Shown: in pieces, positions 19,616 through 28,083 of the stretch
Position numbering within the stretch: position 1 is the first letter of the stretch
Layout of the letters: each line of letters starts with the position of its first letter
Assembly (NCBI GenBank): GCA_041946805.1
Contig: JBHGBC010000044.1
Location: 1 to 40,051, forward strand
Length of the DNA: 40,051 nucleotides
Direction: 5' to 3'
Source of the DNA: a bacterium
GTDB lineage: Bacteria > Hinthialibacterota > Hinthialibacteria > Hinthialibacterales > Hinthialibacteraceae
Program-made: the position numbers and the translations under genes
The notes under the pieces: model-generated
What the model saw: the letters and a program-made list of their open reading frames with translations, nothing else
What the model was told of the DNA's origin: nothing
Database searches by the model: none

Positions 19616-20557
19616 ATGAATCCCAATCCTACTTCCCCCGGGCCGGCGATTTCATCTCCAGGCGCCGCATGGCCGGTGTATTGGGAATTGTGTCGGCCCT
19701 TCACCCTGCTCGCTCCCTTCATCGGCTTCACCGCGTTCGCCCTGGTGGGCTGGCGGGGCGTGACGGACATCCCGGTCGCGGAAGCGTTCCCCCGGATTGC
19801 ACTGGGCGCTCTGTCGGCGGCGTTGCTCAATGCCGCCTCCAACATCATCAACCAATATTTCGACCTGGAGATCGACCGGATCAACAAGCCCGCCCGCCCG
19901 TTGCCCTCGGGCCGCGTCCCCATCCCCCAGGCGATGATTTTTTGCCTGGGATTGTACATTTTGTCCCTAAGCGCCGCCTGGGCCGTCAGCCGGCAGTTCT
20001 TCGGGATCGTCGTTTTCACGGCCGTGGTCACCTACGCGTATTCCGGCCCCCCCTTCCGGACCAAACGGTCGTGGTGGCTGGCCAACGTCACGATCGCCAT
20101 CCCCCGGGGATGCCTGCTGGTCGTGGCGGGCTGGACCGCGGTGCGGGACATGTGGGCGCTGGAGCCGTGGGTGCTGGGAGGCATATTCGGGCTGTACATC
20201 CTGGGGGCGGCCTCGACCAAGGATTTCGCCGACATGAAAGGCGACGCGGCGGGCGGATGCCGGACCCTGCCAGTGCGCTTCGGAGTCGATATGAGCGCGA
20301 AAATCATCTCCCCCTTTTTTGTGATTCCCTTTTTATTGATGTTTATCGCGGCCTATGCCGGCGTGCTGACCGGCGGGCGCTGGCTGCTGATGGCCCTGGC
20401 CGTGGCGCTGATGGCCTGGGGGATGTACGTGGCCTGGCTGATTCTCCGCCGTCCGTCCGAACTGGCCACCGAGGCCAACCATGTATCCTGGAAGCACATG
20501 TATCTCATGATGCTGGCCGGGCAGGTGGGCATCGCCGCGGCGTACTGGTTGGGGTGA
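19616..20557 (+). CDS. UbiA superfamily intramembrane prenyltransferase
   Basis: NIINQYFDLEIDRINKPARPLPSGR, YAYSGPPFRTKR, KDFADMKGD..GCRTLPV; multiple TM helices. Confidence 0.92.
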   Translation: MNPNPTSPGPAISSPGAAWPVYWELCRPFTLLAPFIGFTAFALVGWRGVTDIPVAEAFPRIALGALSAALLNAASNIINQYFDLEIDRINKPARPLPSGRVPIPQAMIFCLGLYILSLSAAWAVSRQFFGIVVFTAVVTYAYSGPPFRTKRSWWLANVTIAIPRGCLLVVAGWTAVRDMWALEPWVLGGIFGLYILGAASTKDFADMKGDAAGGCRTLPVRFGVDMSAKIISPFFVIPFLLMFIAAYAGVLTGGRWLLMALAVALMAWGMYVAWLILRRPSELATEANHVSWKHMYLMMLAGQVGIAAAYWLG

Positions 20558-20652
20558 TGGCTTTCCCTGCAATACGAATTCCATCTTCTGGTTCCCGCTC
20601 CGCTGAAGCGGACATCCAAGAAGACCGGTTTCTGCGGCCACATGCGATGGAG

Positions 20653-21066
20653 GTCATCCCCGCGCAAGCGGAGATCCCAGAATATAAGCCACGTAAATAC
20701 CCCAAATGACACACCTTATCTCACCTTTCACAACTCCCCGACATGCGCGTGGATTGATCGGCGGGATGGATTGGCGCGGCTCGCGCAATCCACCACCATC
20801 TTGATCATCTTGTATATCTTGACCATCCTGATTCAGGCGGCACTCCCTTTCCCCCGGAGAGAAGGCCCGGGGGAGGGAAGAAAAGAAATCCCGGTTTTGA
20901 AGGCCAGGGCGCGTGGCCACGCGCCCCGGCTGCTGCATCCCGGACTCTTACGATAATAAAGTATTTTACAATGAGTACTGAACCTGGATCCCCGCCTGCA
21001 AAGAGATGACTTCGAGGCAATCCCACGTCTATCTTTTCTCCATCGGGAAGGAGTCCGGGATGAGGG
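20653..21066. repeat. Intergenic cluster of mixed REP-like elements
   Basis: GTCATCCCCGCGCAAGCGGAGATCCC (20653-20678) with inverted partner 20984-21010; 4 x 9-bp CATCTTGAT-type tandem (20797-20832); degenerate BoxC-like cores at 20845-20877 and 21034-21066; GGGCGCGTGGCCACGCGCCC hairpin within 20906-20927. Confidence 0.75.
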
Positions 21067-21157
21067 AAAATTGGGTCTTACAGCCTCTGACAGGGGGAGA
21101 TAGAATGGAAAACCAGGGAAGGTATATCCAGCCGGATTGGTGCGGGGAGTCAGCCAC

Positions 21158-21919
21158 ATGTTGGACATTTCGCGTGTTCTGGAAGGTTGGGACTATGTGC
21201 CGGATGAGGTCCATGTCCGGCTCATCGAGGGGGAGGACAAAAAGCTGAAGATCCAGATGCGCCTGGATTTAGGTCTGTTGCAAATGGAATACAACGGCCG
21301 TCCGGACGGCAAACGCCCCCACGGTCAGGAATCCTACTTGTGTTATTATCAGCAGCAGTTGCGGAAATACGTGAAAAAAAACGGCACGGATGAAGGTTTC
21401 TTCCTGAACGCGGACGACTGCGCGATTTTACAGAATGAGTCAATGCAATATTATTACCGCTATCTCAGTTTGTTTCATCTGCAGGAATACGAAGCGGTGG
21501 TTCGCGATACGGCCCGCAATCTGGAGGTTTTCGATTTCATCAAGAAATACGCCGGGGATGAAGACGATCAACTGATCCTCGAGCAATACCGGCCTTACGT
21601 GGTCATGATGAACACCCGCGCCGCCGCCCATTTGCGGCTCGAAAAAAACCGTCCGGACGAAGCGGTTCAACTTGTCGAGATCGCCATCCGGCAGTTGGAG
21701 GTTTTTTTCCAGGAATATGACCGGCCGGACCTGGTCAACAAATGCAGCGAAGTTCTGTTTCTGCGCCAGTTCGCGGAAGATATCCGCACCCGCTGGAGCG
21801 CCAATCCCGTGCGCGAACTGCGGGAGAAAATGATGGACGCCGCCGCCCGGGAAGATTTTGAAACCGCCGCCTTCATCCGGGACGAGATCAAGAAACTCTC
21901 CCTAAAAATCCAGGGATGA
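21158..21919 (+). CDS. UvrB/UvrC (UVR) motif-containing protein
   Basis: IQMRLDLGLLQME..GRPDG.RPHG, QYYYRY, RDTARNL, QYRPY; C-terminal UVR motif LREKMMDAAAREDFETAAFIRDEIK. Confidence 0.85.
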   Translation: MLDISRVLEGWDYVPDEVHVRLIEGEDKKLKIQMRLDLGLLQMEYNGRPDGKRPHGQESYLCYYQQQLRKYVKKNGTDEGFFLNADDCAILQNESMQYYYRYLSLFHLQEYEAVVRDTARNLEVFDFIKKYAGDEDDQLILEQYRPYVVMMNTRAAAHLRLEKNRPDEAVQLVEIAIRQLEVFFQEYDRPDLVNKCSEVLFLRQFAEDIRTRWSANPVRELREKMMDAAAREDFETAAFIRDEIKKLSLKIQG

Positions 21920-22027
21920 AGGAAAGGATTATGAGGCTCCCTTTACCCGGTTGCCCACGAGATAATGGCTTGCGCGCCGTTCCAGCCGCATTCGGACAAC
22001 ACTCCAATCCTGGATATAGTGGATCAA

Positions 22028-24067
22028 TCACTCCGATCCCTTGACCGGACCGATTCGGTCAAGGGGGATCGGCTGGAATCCGGCTGGCAGCACGGGCGAA
22101 TCGGGTTTAAGACGGAAATCTTGCTTGGCCAGGTCCATGAATCCGGGATCCTGGTCAGTCCAATTGTCCTGGATCGTCACCACCTTGTCGGTCAGGCCGT
22201 CGAGCAGGTCGATCCAGCGGCCGCCGAGGGAGATGTTGTGGCGGATGACATTGCCCTTGGGAACGGCCGGCTCGTCGCCGTAGAGGGTTAGCAGTTCCGG
22301 ATAACGCTCGCTGTAGGGCGGCTGGGTGTAATGGACCTCGTTCATGCGGTCGGTGAGAGTGGTGTCGGTGCCGTCGAAGAATGACTTGGCCCAGCTCCGG
22401 CCGCGGGCATCGACATGCACGGCGGGAACGCAATCCACGAAAACGTTGTTTTCGACGGTGTTGTTCCGGCCGCCCCCGATCAGCACGCCGCGTTTGGCTT
22501 TGTAGAACAGGTTGCCGAAGACGGTGGCGGCGCTGGTCCAGTCGTTGAGGTACACCGCGTTGACATCCCCCCCGCCGAGGTCATGAAAATAATTGTACCG
22601 GATGATGGTCCCGCGCTGGGTCCAGTCGCGTCCCATGTACAGCGCGCCCGCGTCGCTGGTTTCGAGGCACACGTGGTGGATCTCGTTGTATTCGATGACA
22701 TGTTCGTTGCCCGCCAGCGCCAGGGCGGTATGCGGCGCGTCATGAATCAAGTTGTGCGACACGCGGTTGCTCACGCCTTCCACCTGGATGGCGGGCCGGT
22801 AGGTGTGGACCCAGCGTGCGAAATGGTGAATATGATTGTTGTCGGCGAAATGGTTGCCCGGCGTCAGGGTCCGGCGGTCGCCGCCGTGGAGGATCAGTCC
22901 GCCGCCGCCGGTGTGGGCGATTTCGCAGTCCTGAACCCCGTGATCCTGGCCGCCGCTGATCTTCACGGCGTATTGGCCGATATTGCGGAACACGCAGTGA
23001 GTCAGGCGGTTATGAGCTCCGCCGTCGATTTCGACCGCATTTCCCCGGGTGTAAGCGAATTCCAACCAGCTCCAATGGACGTTGGAGACGTTTTGCATGG
23101 TGACCAGGGGTTTGTCCAGCAGTGAGATATATACCGGATTGGATTCGAGGTGCGCGGGCGGCCAGAAATAGAGCAGACCCACGGTACGGTCCAGATACCA
23201 TTCGCTGGGTTGATCCAACTCCTCGAGCAGGTTGAGGGCGTAATAACGTTTCCCCGCGGTATACCCGTAGATGCCGTGGGGTTCCTCAGTGGCGATTTCG
23301 TGCTTATCGGGATCGATGGATTTCACCTTGACGTACGAATCGGCCCAATCCCAACTCCAATATCCGTGCAACCAGATGTCTCCGGCCTTCAGCCAGCGGG
23401 CGGGACGGTCGTCTTCGTAAGTGAAACGGCCGCCGGCGGGGCCTCCGGGAACCTCGGCGATCTTCGCCCAGCCTTCGTTGGGCCACCGGGCGAGGGGCAT
23501 GGGCTGGTCCTGAAAGAACAGTTCCAGGGCGGAAGGATCCTTGACACCGCTGTAACCCCAGGGACTGAACCGGCCGAACTCGGTGATGTTGGAGGTTTTG
23601 AGATCGGTGAGCAGAACATTTTCGCGGGCGGTTTCATCCATCCGGGCGAGGATTTCGGGATTCTTGAGCGGTTTCCAGCCTTTCACTTCTTTGCCCCCGA
23701 TGATCCGCGCGGTTTCGTTCTGATAGTTGCAATAGATGATGGGATGGTTTTCGAAGCCACTGTCGGCTTCGGTCAATTCAAACGTTTCCTGGAGGGGATA
23801 CACGCCGCCCCGGACAAAGACAGTGACGTTGGCCTCGGGCGACAAACCGGTTTCTTTCAGATAACGGATGGCGTTCCGGGCGCGGGGAAGGGTGGCGAAC
23901 GGTCCGTCGGTATTCCCGGGGTTGGGATCCGGCAGCGTGCCGCTCCATTGATCGTTGCCGGCCGGGGAGACGTAGAGGCGAACCAGGGTGGGTGGTTCGG
24001 CGGCCGCGGCGAACACGGATGGGAGGATAAACAACCAGATCAGGATCGAAACGAGTGGACGCGTCAT
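22028..24067 (-). CDS. Secreted right-handed parallel beta-helix protein (pectin-lyase fold, GH141-like)
   Basis: Signal peptide; YVSPAGNDQWSGTL, DGPFAT, LARWPN, GYWSWDWAD, ELDQPSEWY, DAGALYMGRDW. Confidence 0.88.
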   Translation of the reverse strand: MTRPLVSILIWLFILPSVFAAAAEPPTLVRLYVSPAGNDQWSGTLPDPNPGNTDGPFATLPRARNAIRYLKETGLSPEANVTVFVRGGVYPLQETFELTEADSGFENHPIIYCNYQNETARIIGGKEVKGWKPLKNPEILARMDETARENVLLTDLKTSNITEFGRFSPWGYSGVKDPSALELFFQDQPMPLARWPNEGWAKIAEVPGGPAGGRFTYEDDRPARWLKAGDIWLHGYWSWDWADSYVKVKSIDPDKHEIATEEPHGIYGYTAGKRYYALNLLEELDQPSEWYLDRTVGLLYFWPPAHLESNPVYISLLDKPLVTMQNVSNVHWSWLEFAYTRGNAVEIDGGAHNRLTHCVFRNIGQYAVKISGGQDHGVQDCEIAHTGGGGLILHGGDRRTLTPGNHFADNNHIHHFARWVHTYRPAIQVEGVSNRVSHNLIHDAPHTALALAGNEHVIEYNEIHHVCLETSDAGALYMGRDWTQRGTIIRYNYFHDLGGGDVNAVYLNDWTSAATVFGNLFYKAKRGVLIGGGRNNTVENNVFVDCVPAVHVDARGRSWAKSFFDGTDTTLTDRMNEVHYTQPPYSERYPELLTLYGDEPAVPKGNVIRHNISLGGRWIDLLDGLTDKVVTIQDNWTDQDPGFMDLAKQDFRLKPDSPVLPAGFQPIPLDRIGPVKGSE

Positions 24068-24356
24068 GTATATCCTTTTCCTCACAACGGCGGATGGCCG
24101 GGATTACGTGGGCATTATAATGGGTTGCGGCGGGAATGGTGTAGGGGCGGGAGAGGAGGCATTTTCCCTGCCGGGTATCGACAATGCCTGGGCAGAATAA
24201 CTCTTTCGCCTGCCTTTCTGGGGGGACGCAAGGGAACGGATCCCAGCCCAAAACGAATCCCCATCCGCTATGTGAACCCAAATCCCTTGAAGAGAGTCCA
24301 TTAATGGTCTTTTTTTATGAAATGTAATAGGGCATTATATGCCATAATATGATAAA

Positions 24357-24370
24357 TAATATTACATTAT
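24357..24370. promoter_or_regulatory. Candidate operator TAATATTACATTAT, shared with 31273-31286
   Basis: Exact 14-mer recurs in the second EPS upstream region; half-site AAATGTAATA at 24320-24329. Confidence 0.35.
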
Positions 24371-24594
24371 GTTTACTAATAATTGGAGGTTGCGGGAAAT
24401 TAGCAATGAAGAAACAAGACTTGCATGGTGCGCCAGGAGAAGGAAACACGGCCAAAATCTTCACGGGAATCCATATTGACATGTATGGGGATGGATTTAT
24501 AATAATTTTCATAACTGATCATTTAAGTAGTTTAATAATTTTCCAAAAAAGATAGCTTCCTTCATTTTTTTTGGGGTATAATCTACTTGAATAT

Positions 24595-24806
24595 GGTTCA
24601 TGAGGTATGGGCGTTCTTTTTATCAACCATCTCGGGCCGCTTATCCGTCGGGCGGCTCGGGGAGATTAACCCCCTAATCCCCTCTCCCTCTGGAAGAGGG
24701 CGGGAGTGAGGGGATTTTTTATCGTGGCGGACCGGAGTGTCTATACGGATGAGCGAGTGAATAAAATGTCTTTTTCATTAGCAAGTACGCACTTGCCGGA
24801 TTAACC
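24595..24806 (+). mobile_element. MITE copy C (212 bp)
   Basis: TIRs GGTTCATGAGGTATGGGCGTTC / GTACGCACTTGCCGGATTAACC; core 24680-24712; colinear with 30924-31134; flanks TTGAATAT / GTAACTAT (5 of 8 match). Confidence 0.85.
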
Positions 24807-25447
24807 GTAACTATCATCTTAAAGGGCGCTTGGTGTAAAGAAATGGAAGAGGGCGGCCGTGAGTTTGAAATCCGGCCGGATGAAGAAAAAAACGATGAAT
24901 TTGGATTGTATCGGTATAGTGAATATACTGAATGCGATGCGGACATCAACGTGAGATGATTGGTGAACGCGTGAAACCGGTACGTCTGGTTGGGGGTGGG
25001 GCCGATGGAGAATACAGGGTCCATAACCAGACTCAGGGGGTGGCGGAGTGACCGATCCAGGAATCCCTCGACCAATGACATCCAGGGCTGGCGGCGGGCG
25101 GTGTCAATCTTATCTTCATCCATTTGGCGTGATCAGCAAGTCCGTGCAATCCTTGTAGTCCCATTCTGAATCGGTCTTCCGGGAACCGGATTTTCATCTA
25201 CCGTGAAGGTTGATGTGGAATCATGGATGATCGGGAGAGGGGATGGTTGCCGTCCTGGATTTACGGGACGGGGGACCCCTGCTTATTTTCCGGGGATTTT
25301 TTTTCGTATGTTTTGATTTTTTATGCGATGGCCCACGCGGGAAAACAAGCGAGGGATCCGGCCCGATCGAGGGCGGTGGGTGTCTCGGAAAATGGCGGGC
25401 GGGAGCCGGAGGCAGGATCCTCCGCCCGGAGAGAAAAATGAATTGGT

Positions 25448-25475
25448 TTGTCAAGTCCAGTGAGTCCGGTATAAT
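25448..25475 (+). promoter_or_regulatory. Sigma70-like promoter of the EPS export operon
   Basis: TTGTCA-16 nt-TATAAT about 60 bp upstream of the wza start. Confidence 0.6.
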
Positions 25476-25536
25476 TTCAAAGAACGTAAGGGGAGAAACC
25501 AGAAGAAAAATGGATGGTATGGAGGGGAACAGAGAC

Positions 25537-26319
25537 ATGGATGGCGCAGGACCGGTGGGAGTGGGCGGTTGGGAAACGGGAAAGCGGAGAGCGCGGAATA
25601 GAGAGACAGGGAAGCGCGCCGCCCTGGTTAAATGGGGTGGCTGTTGCCTCTGGATGGTCTTCTTGGTGTCCTGCGCGTCAACCCCTCACCTGGAAACTTC
25701 GGCGGTGTTGCCGTTTCCCCCCGCGGATCAGCAGATCCGGTTGGGGCCGGGAGATACATTGAATATCCGCTTCCGGTATTGGCCGGAGTTGGACGAGACG
25801 CAAACCGTCCGGCCGGACGGGAAAATCACGCTCCAGATCGTGGATGACGTGGCCGTGACGGGAATGACGCCGGCGGAGTTGGATCAAAAATTGACCGAAC
25901 TGTATTCCCAATCCCTCAAGGACCCGGAGATCACGGTCATTGTCCGGTCGTATGTGAGCCAGCGGGTGTATGTGGGCGGGGAAGTGCGGACGCCGGGCTT
26001 GCAGCCGATCCAGGGGGATCTCGATTTGCTGAGCGCGATCATCGCGGCCGGGGGATTTATCAACATGAGCGCCGACAAGGAAAACGTGATCGTGTTCCGC
26101 CACGTGGACACCAAACGGTACGCAGCTTCGATCAACTTGCAGGAACTCATGGAACTGCCGGAGGCGGACCGGATCTTGTTGGCGCCCAACGACATCGTGT
26201 ACGTGGGGCGGCTGGGGATCGACGAAGCCAACCAATGGGTGGATCAATATATCCAGAGGTTGATTCCGGGATACAACGCGGCCCTCAACGCTTTGATTTA
26301 CGCATCCTTACGGAACTGA
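25537..26319 (+). CDS. wza: Polysaccharide export (OPX/Wza family) lipoprotein; start uncertain
   Basis: GGAGGGG RBS; lipobox LVSC; LGPGDTLNI..VRPDGKITL..V.VTGMT; SLBB domain VYVGGEVRTPG; LAPNDIVYV. Confidence 0.9.
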   Translation: MDGAGPVGVGGWETGKRRARNRETGKRAALVKWGGCCLWMVFLVSCASTPHLETSAVLPFPPADQQIRLGPGDTLNIRFRYWPELDETQTVRPDGKITLQIVDDVAVTGMTPAELDQKLTELYSQSLKDPEITVIVRSYVSQRVYVGGEVRTPGLQPIQGDLDLLSAIIAAGGFINMSADKENVIVFRHVDTKRYAASINLQELMELPEADRILLAPNDIVYVGRLGIDEANQWVDQYIQRLIPGYNAALNALIYASLRN

Positions 26320-26459
26320 AAGGCGGAGGCGGCCCGTGGGGGGCCGGCCTGCCGGCCAGGAGGTGGGGACGTGTCCATGAGGGCATGGACGGGGGGACGT
26401 ATTCTGTGTACTTGGGGTGGAGAAGCGGACAATCCCAATCGGATAGCGAGAAGAAAAAT

Positions 26460-28070
26460 ATGAATTTGCAAAATCCTTACAATCCCATGAACGGCGGCCT
26501 GATCCAGGAAGAGAGTTATTCACTCCTGGATATCGTGAGTGTCCTGTTCCGGCATAAAGGGAAGATTGTTTCCTTCTTTTTGCTCATGTCGACGGCTGCG
26601 GTGGCGGCGGCGTTCCTGTTGCCGAAGACCTACGAGTCGTATGCGAAAATCCTGATCCGCATGGGACGGGAAAACATGTCGGTGGATCCCGGTGTGGTGG
26701 GCCCGGCGTTGCAATTGGTGCAAGACCGGGAGAACCAGGTGAATTCGGAATTGTCCATTCTGAAAAGCCGGTCCATCGCGGAAAAAGTGGTCGACAAAAT
26801 CGGCGAGAAAGCGTTTGTCCCCCCCTCGAACAGCATGGGACTGCTCACGTTCGGCGGCGGGCCGGGGGAATCCAAGGACGTGCCCGCCTCGGTGGAAAAC
26901 ATGGTCCAGGGCGGCCCGGATACGTTGGTCCAGCGCTTCGTGGGCGGAAAAACCACTCCGCGGGAAGAAGCGATCCAATTGGTGATGCGCCAGCTGGAAG
27001 TCGATGCGGAACCCAAGAGCGATATCATCAACTTGTCGTTCAAGGCCCGCACGGCCGAACTGGCGCGGGAAACTCTGGCCAACCTGCTGGACTTTTACCG
27101 GGAAGAACATATCCAAATATATAAATCGCAGGCCTCGCCGCAGTTTTTTCAGACCCAAATGGATCAGGTCCTGCTGCAACTGAAAGCGAAAGAGAAAGAA
27201 CTGGAGGACTTCCGGGCTCAATATGGAATCGCCGCCATCCAGGAGCAGGAGTCGGAACTGATCCGTCAGACCGGCGCCCTTCAGAGCCAGGTGGACGATG
27301 CCGCGAGCGCGATTCAATCTTCTCAGGCCCGCATTCAGTCTCTGCGGGACGATCTCCAGAGAAACTACAAGGAAGTCACCGTGTTGAACGAAGTGACGGG
27401 CAAAACCAACTACGCGGCCGATTCGATGAAGGAGCAGTTGACGTCGCTGAAAATCCGCGAGGCGGAGCTGGCGGCCCGCTATCCGGACGATAACCGCCAA
27501 CTGGTGGACGTGCGCGAGCAGATCGGGATCGTCGAGCAAATGCTGGCGCGGGAAAACGACACCCACACGGAAATCACCACCGGAGTCGACGCCCATTACA
27601 AGGAATTGCAGCTGCAGCTGGTGACCGAGCAGTCGCAACTCAAGGCGCACCAGGAACGGCTGGCCTATTACAGCACGGAGCTGGAAAACCGCAAGAAGCA
27701 GCTGACCGATTTGTCCAACCGGGAAATCATGCTCGCCAGCCTCAACCGGGACAAGCAGATGCTGGAGGATGAATACGCGCAATACCGGGACAGCCTCCTG
27801 CGGGCCAAGATCTCGGAAGCGCAGGATGTGGACAAAATCTCCAACGTGAGCATCGTCCAGGCGCCCACGTATCCCATCAAACCCACGTTCCCCCGCAAGC
27901 GGATGATCATCATGCTGGGTATGATGTTGGGCTTGTTCGGCGGGGTGGCGTTGGCGTATCTGCGGGAATTCATGGACGATTCGTTGAAAAAAAACACCGA
28001 TGTGGAACGGAATCTCGGATTGCCGGTGATCACATCGATTTCGGACCGGGAATTCAAGTCGTGCCTGTGA
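26460..28070 (+). CDS. Polysaccharide co-polymerase / chain-length determinant (GumC/Wzc N-terminal part, no kinase domain)
   Basis: SLLDIVSVLFRHK + TM1, PKTYES, ILKSRSIAEKVV, long coiled coil, PTYPIKPTFP + TM2, DVERNLGLPVI. Confidence 0.9.
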   Translation: MNLQNPYNPMNGGLIQEESYSLLDIVSVLFRHKGKIVSFFLLMSTAAVAAAFLLPKTYESYAKILIRMGRENMSVDPGVVGPALQLVQDRENQVNSELSILKSRSIAEKVVDKIGEKAFVPPSNSMGLLTFGGGPGESKDVPASVENMVQGGPDTLVQRFVGGKTTPREEAIQLVMRQLEVDAEPKSDIINLSFKARTAELARETLANLLDFYREEHIQIYKSQASPQFFQTQMDQVLLQLKAKEKELEDFRAQYGIAAIQEQESELIRQTGALQSQVDDAASAIQSSQARIQSLRDDLQRNYKEVTVLNEVTGKTNYAADSMKEQLTSLKIREAELAARYPDDNRQLVDVREQIGIVEQMLARENDTHTEITTGVDAHYKELQLQLVTEQSQLKAHQERLAYYSTELENRKKQLTDLSNREIMLASLNRDKQMLEDEYAQYRDSLLRAKISEAQDVDKISNVSIVQAPTYPIKPTFPRKRMIIMLGMMLGLFGGVALAYLREFMDDSLKKNTDVERNLGLPVITSISDREFKSCL

Positions 28071-28083
28071 GTGAGAATCCACC

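Noticed and set aside
24843..24959. Short acidic ORF MEEGGREFEIRPDEE...
   Set aside because: Under 40 aa, no clear RBS or homology evidence
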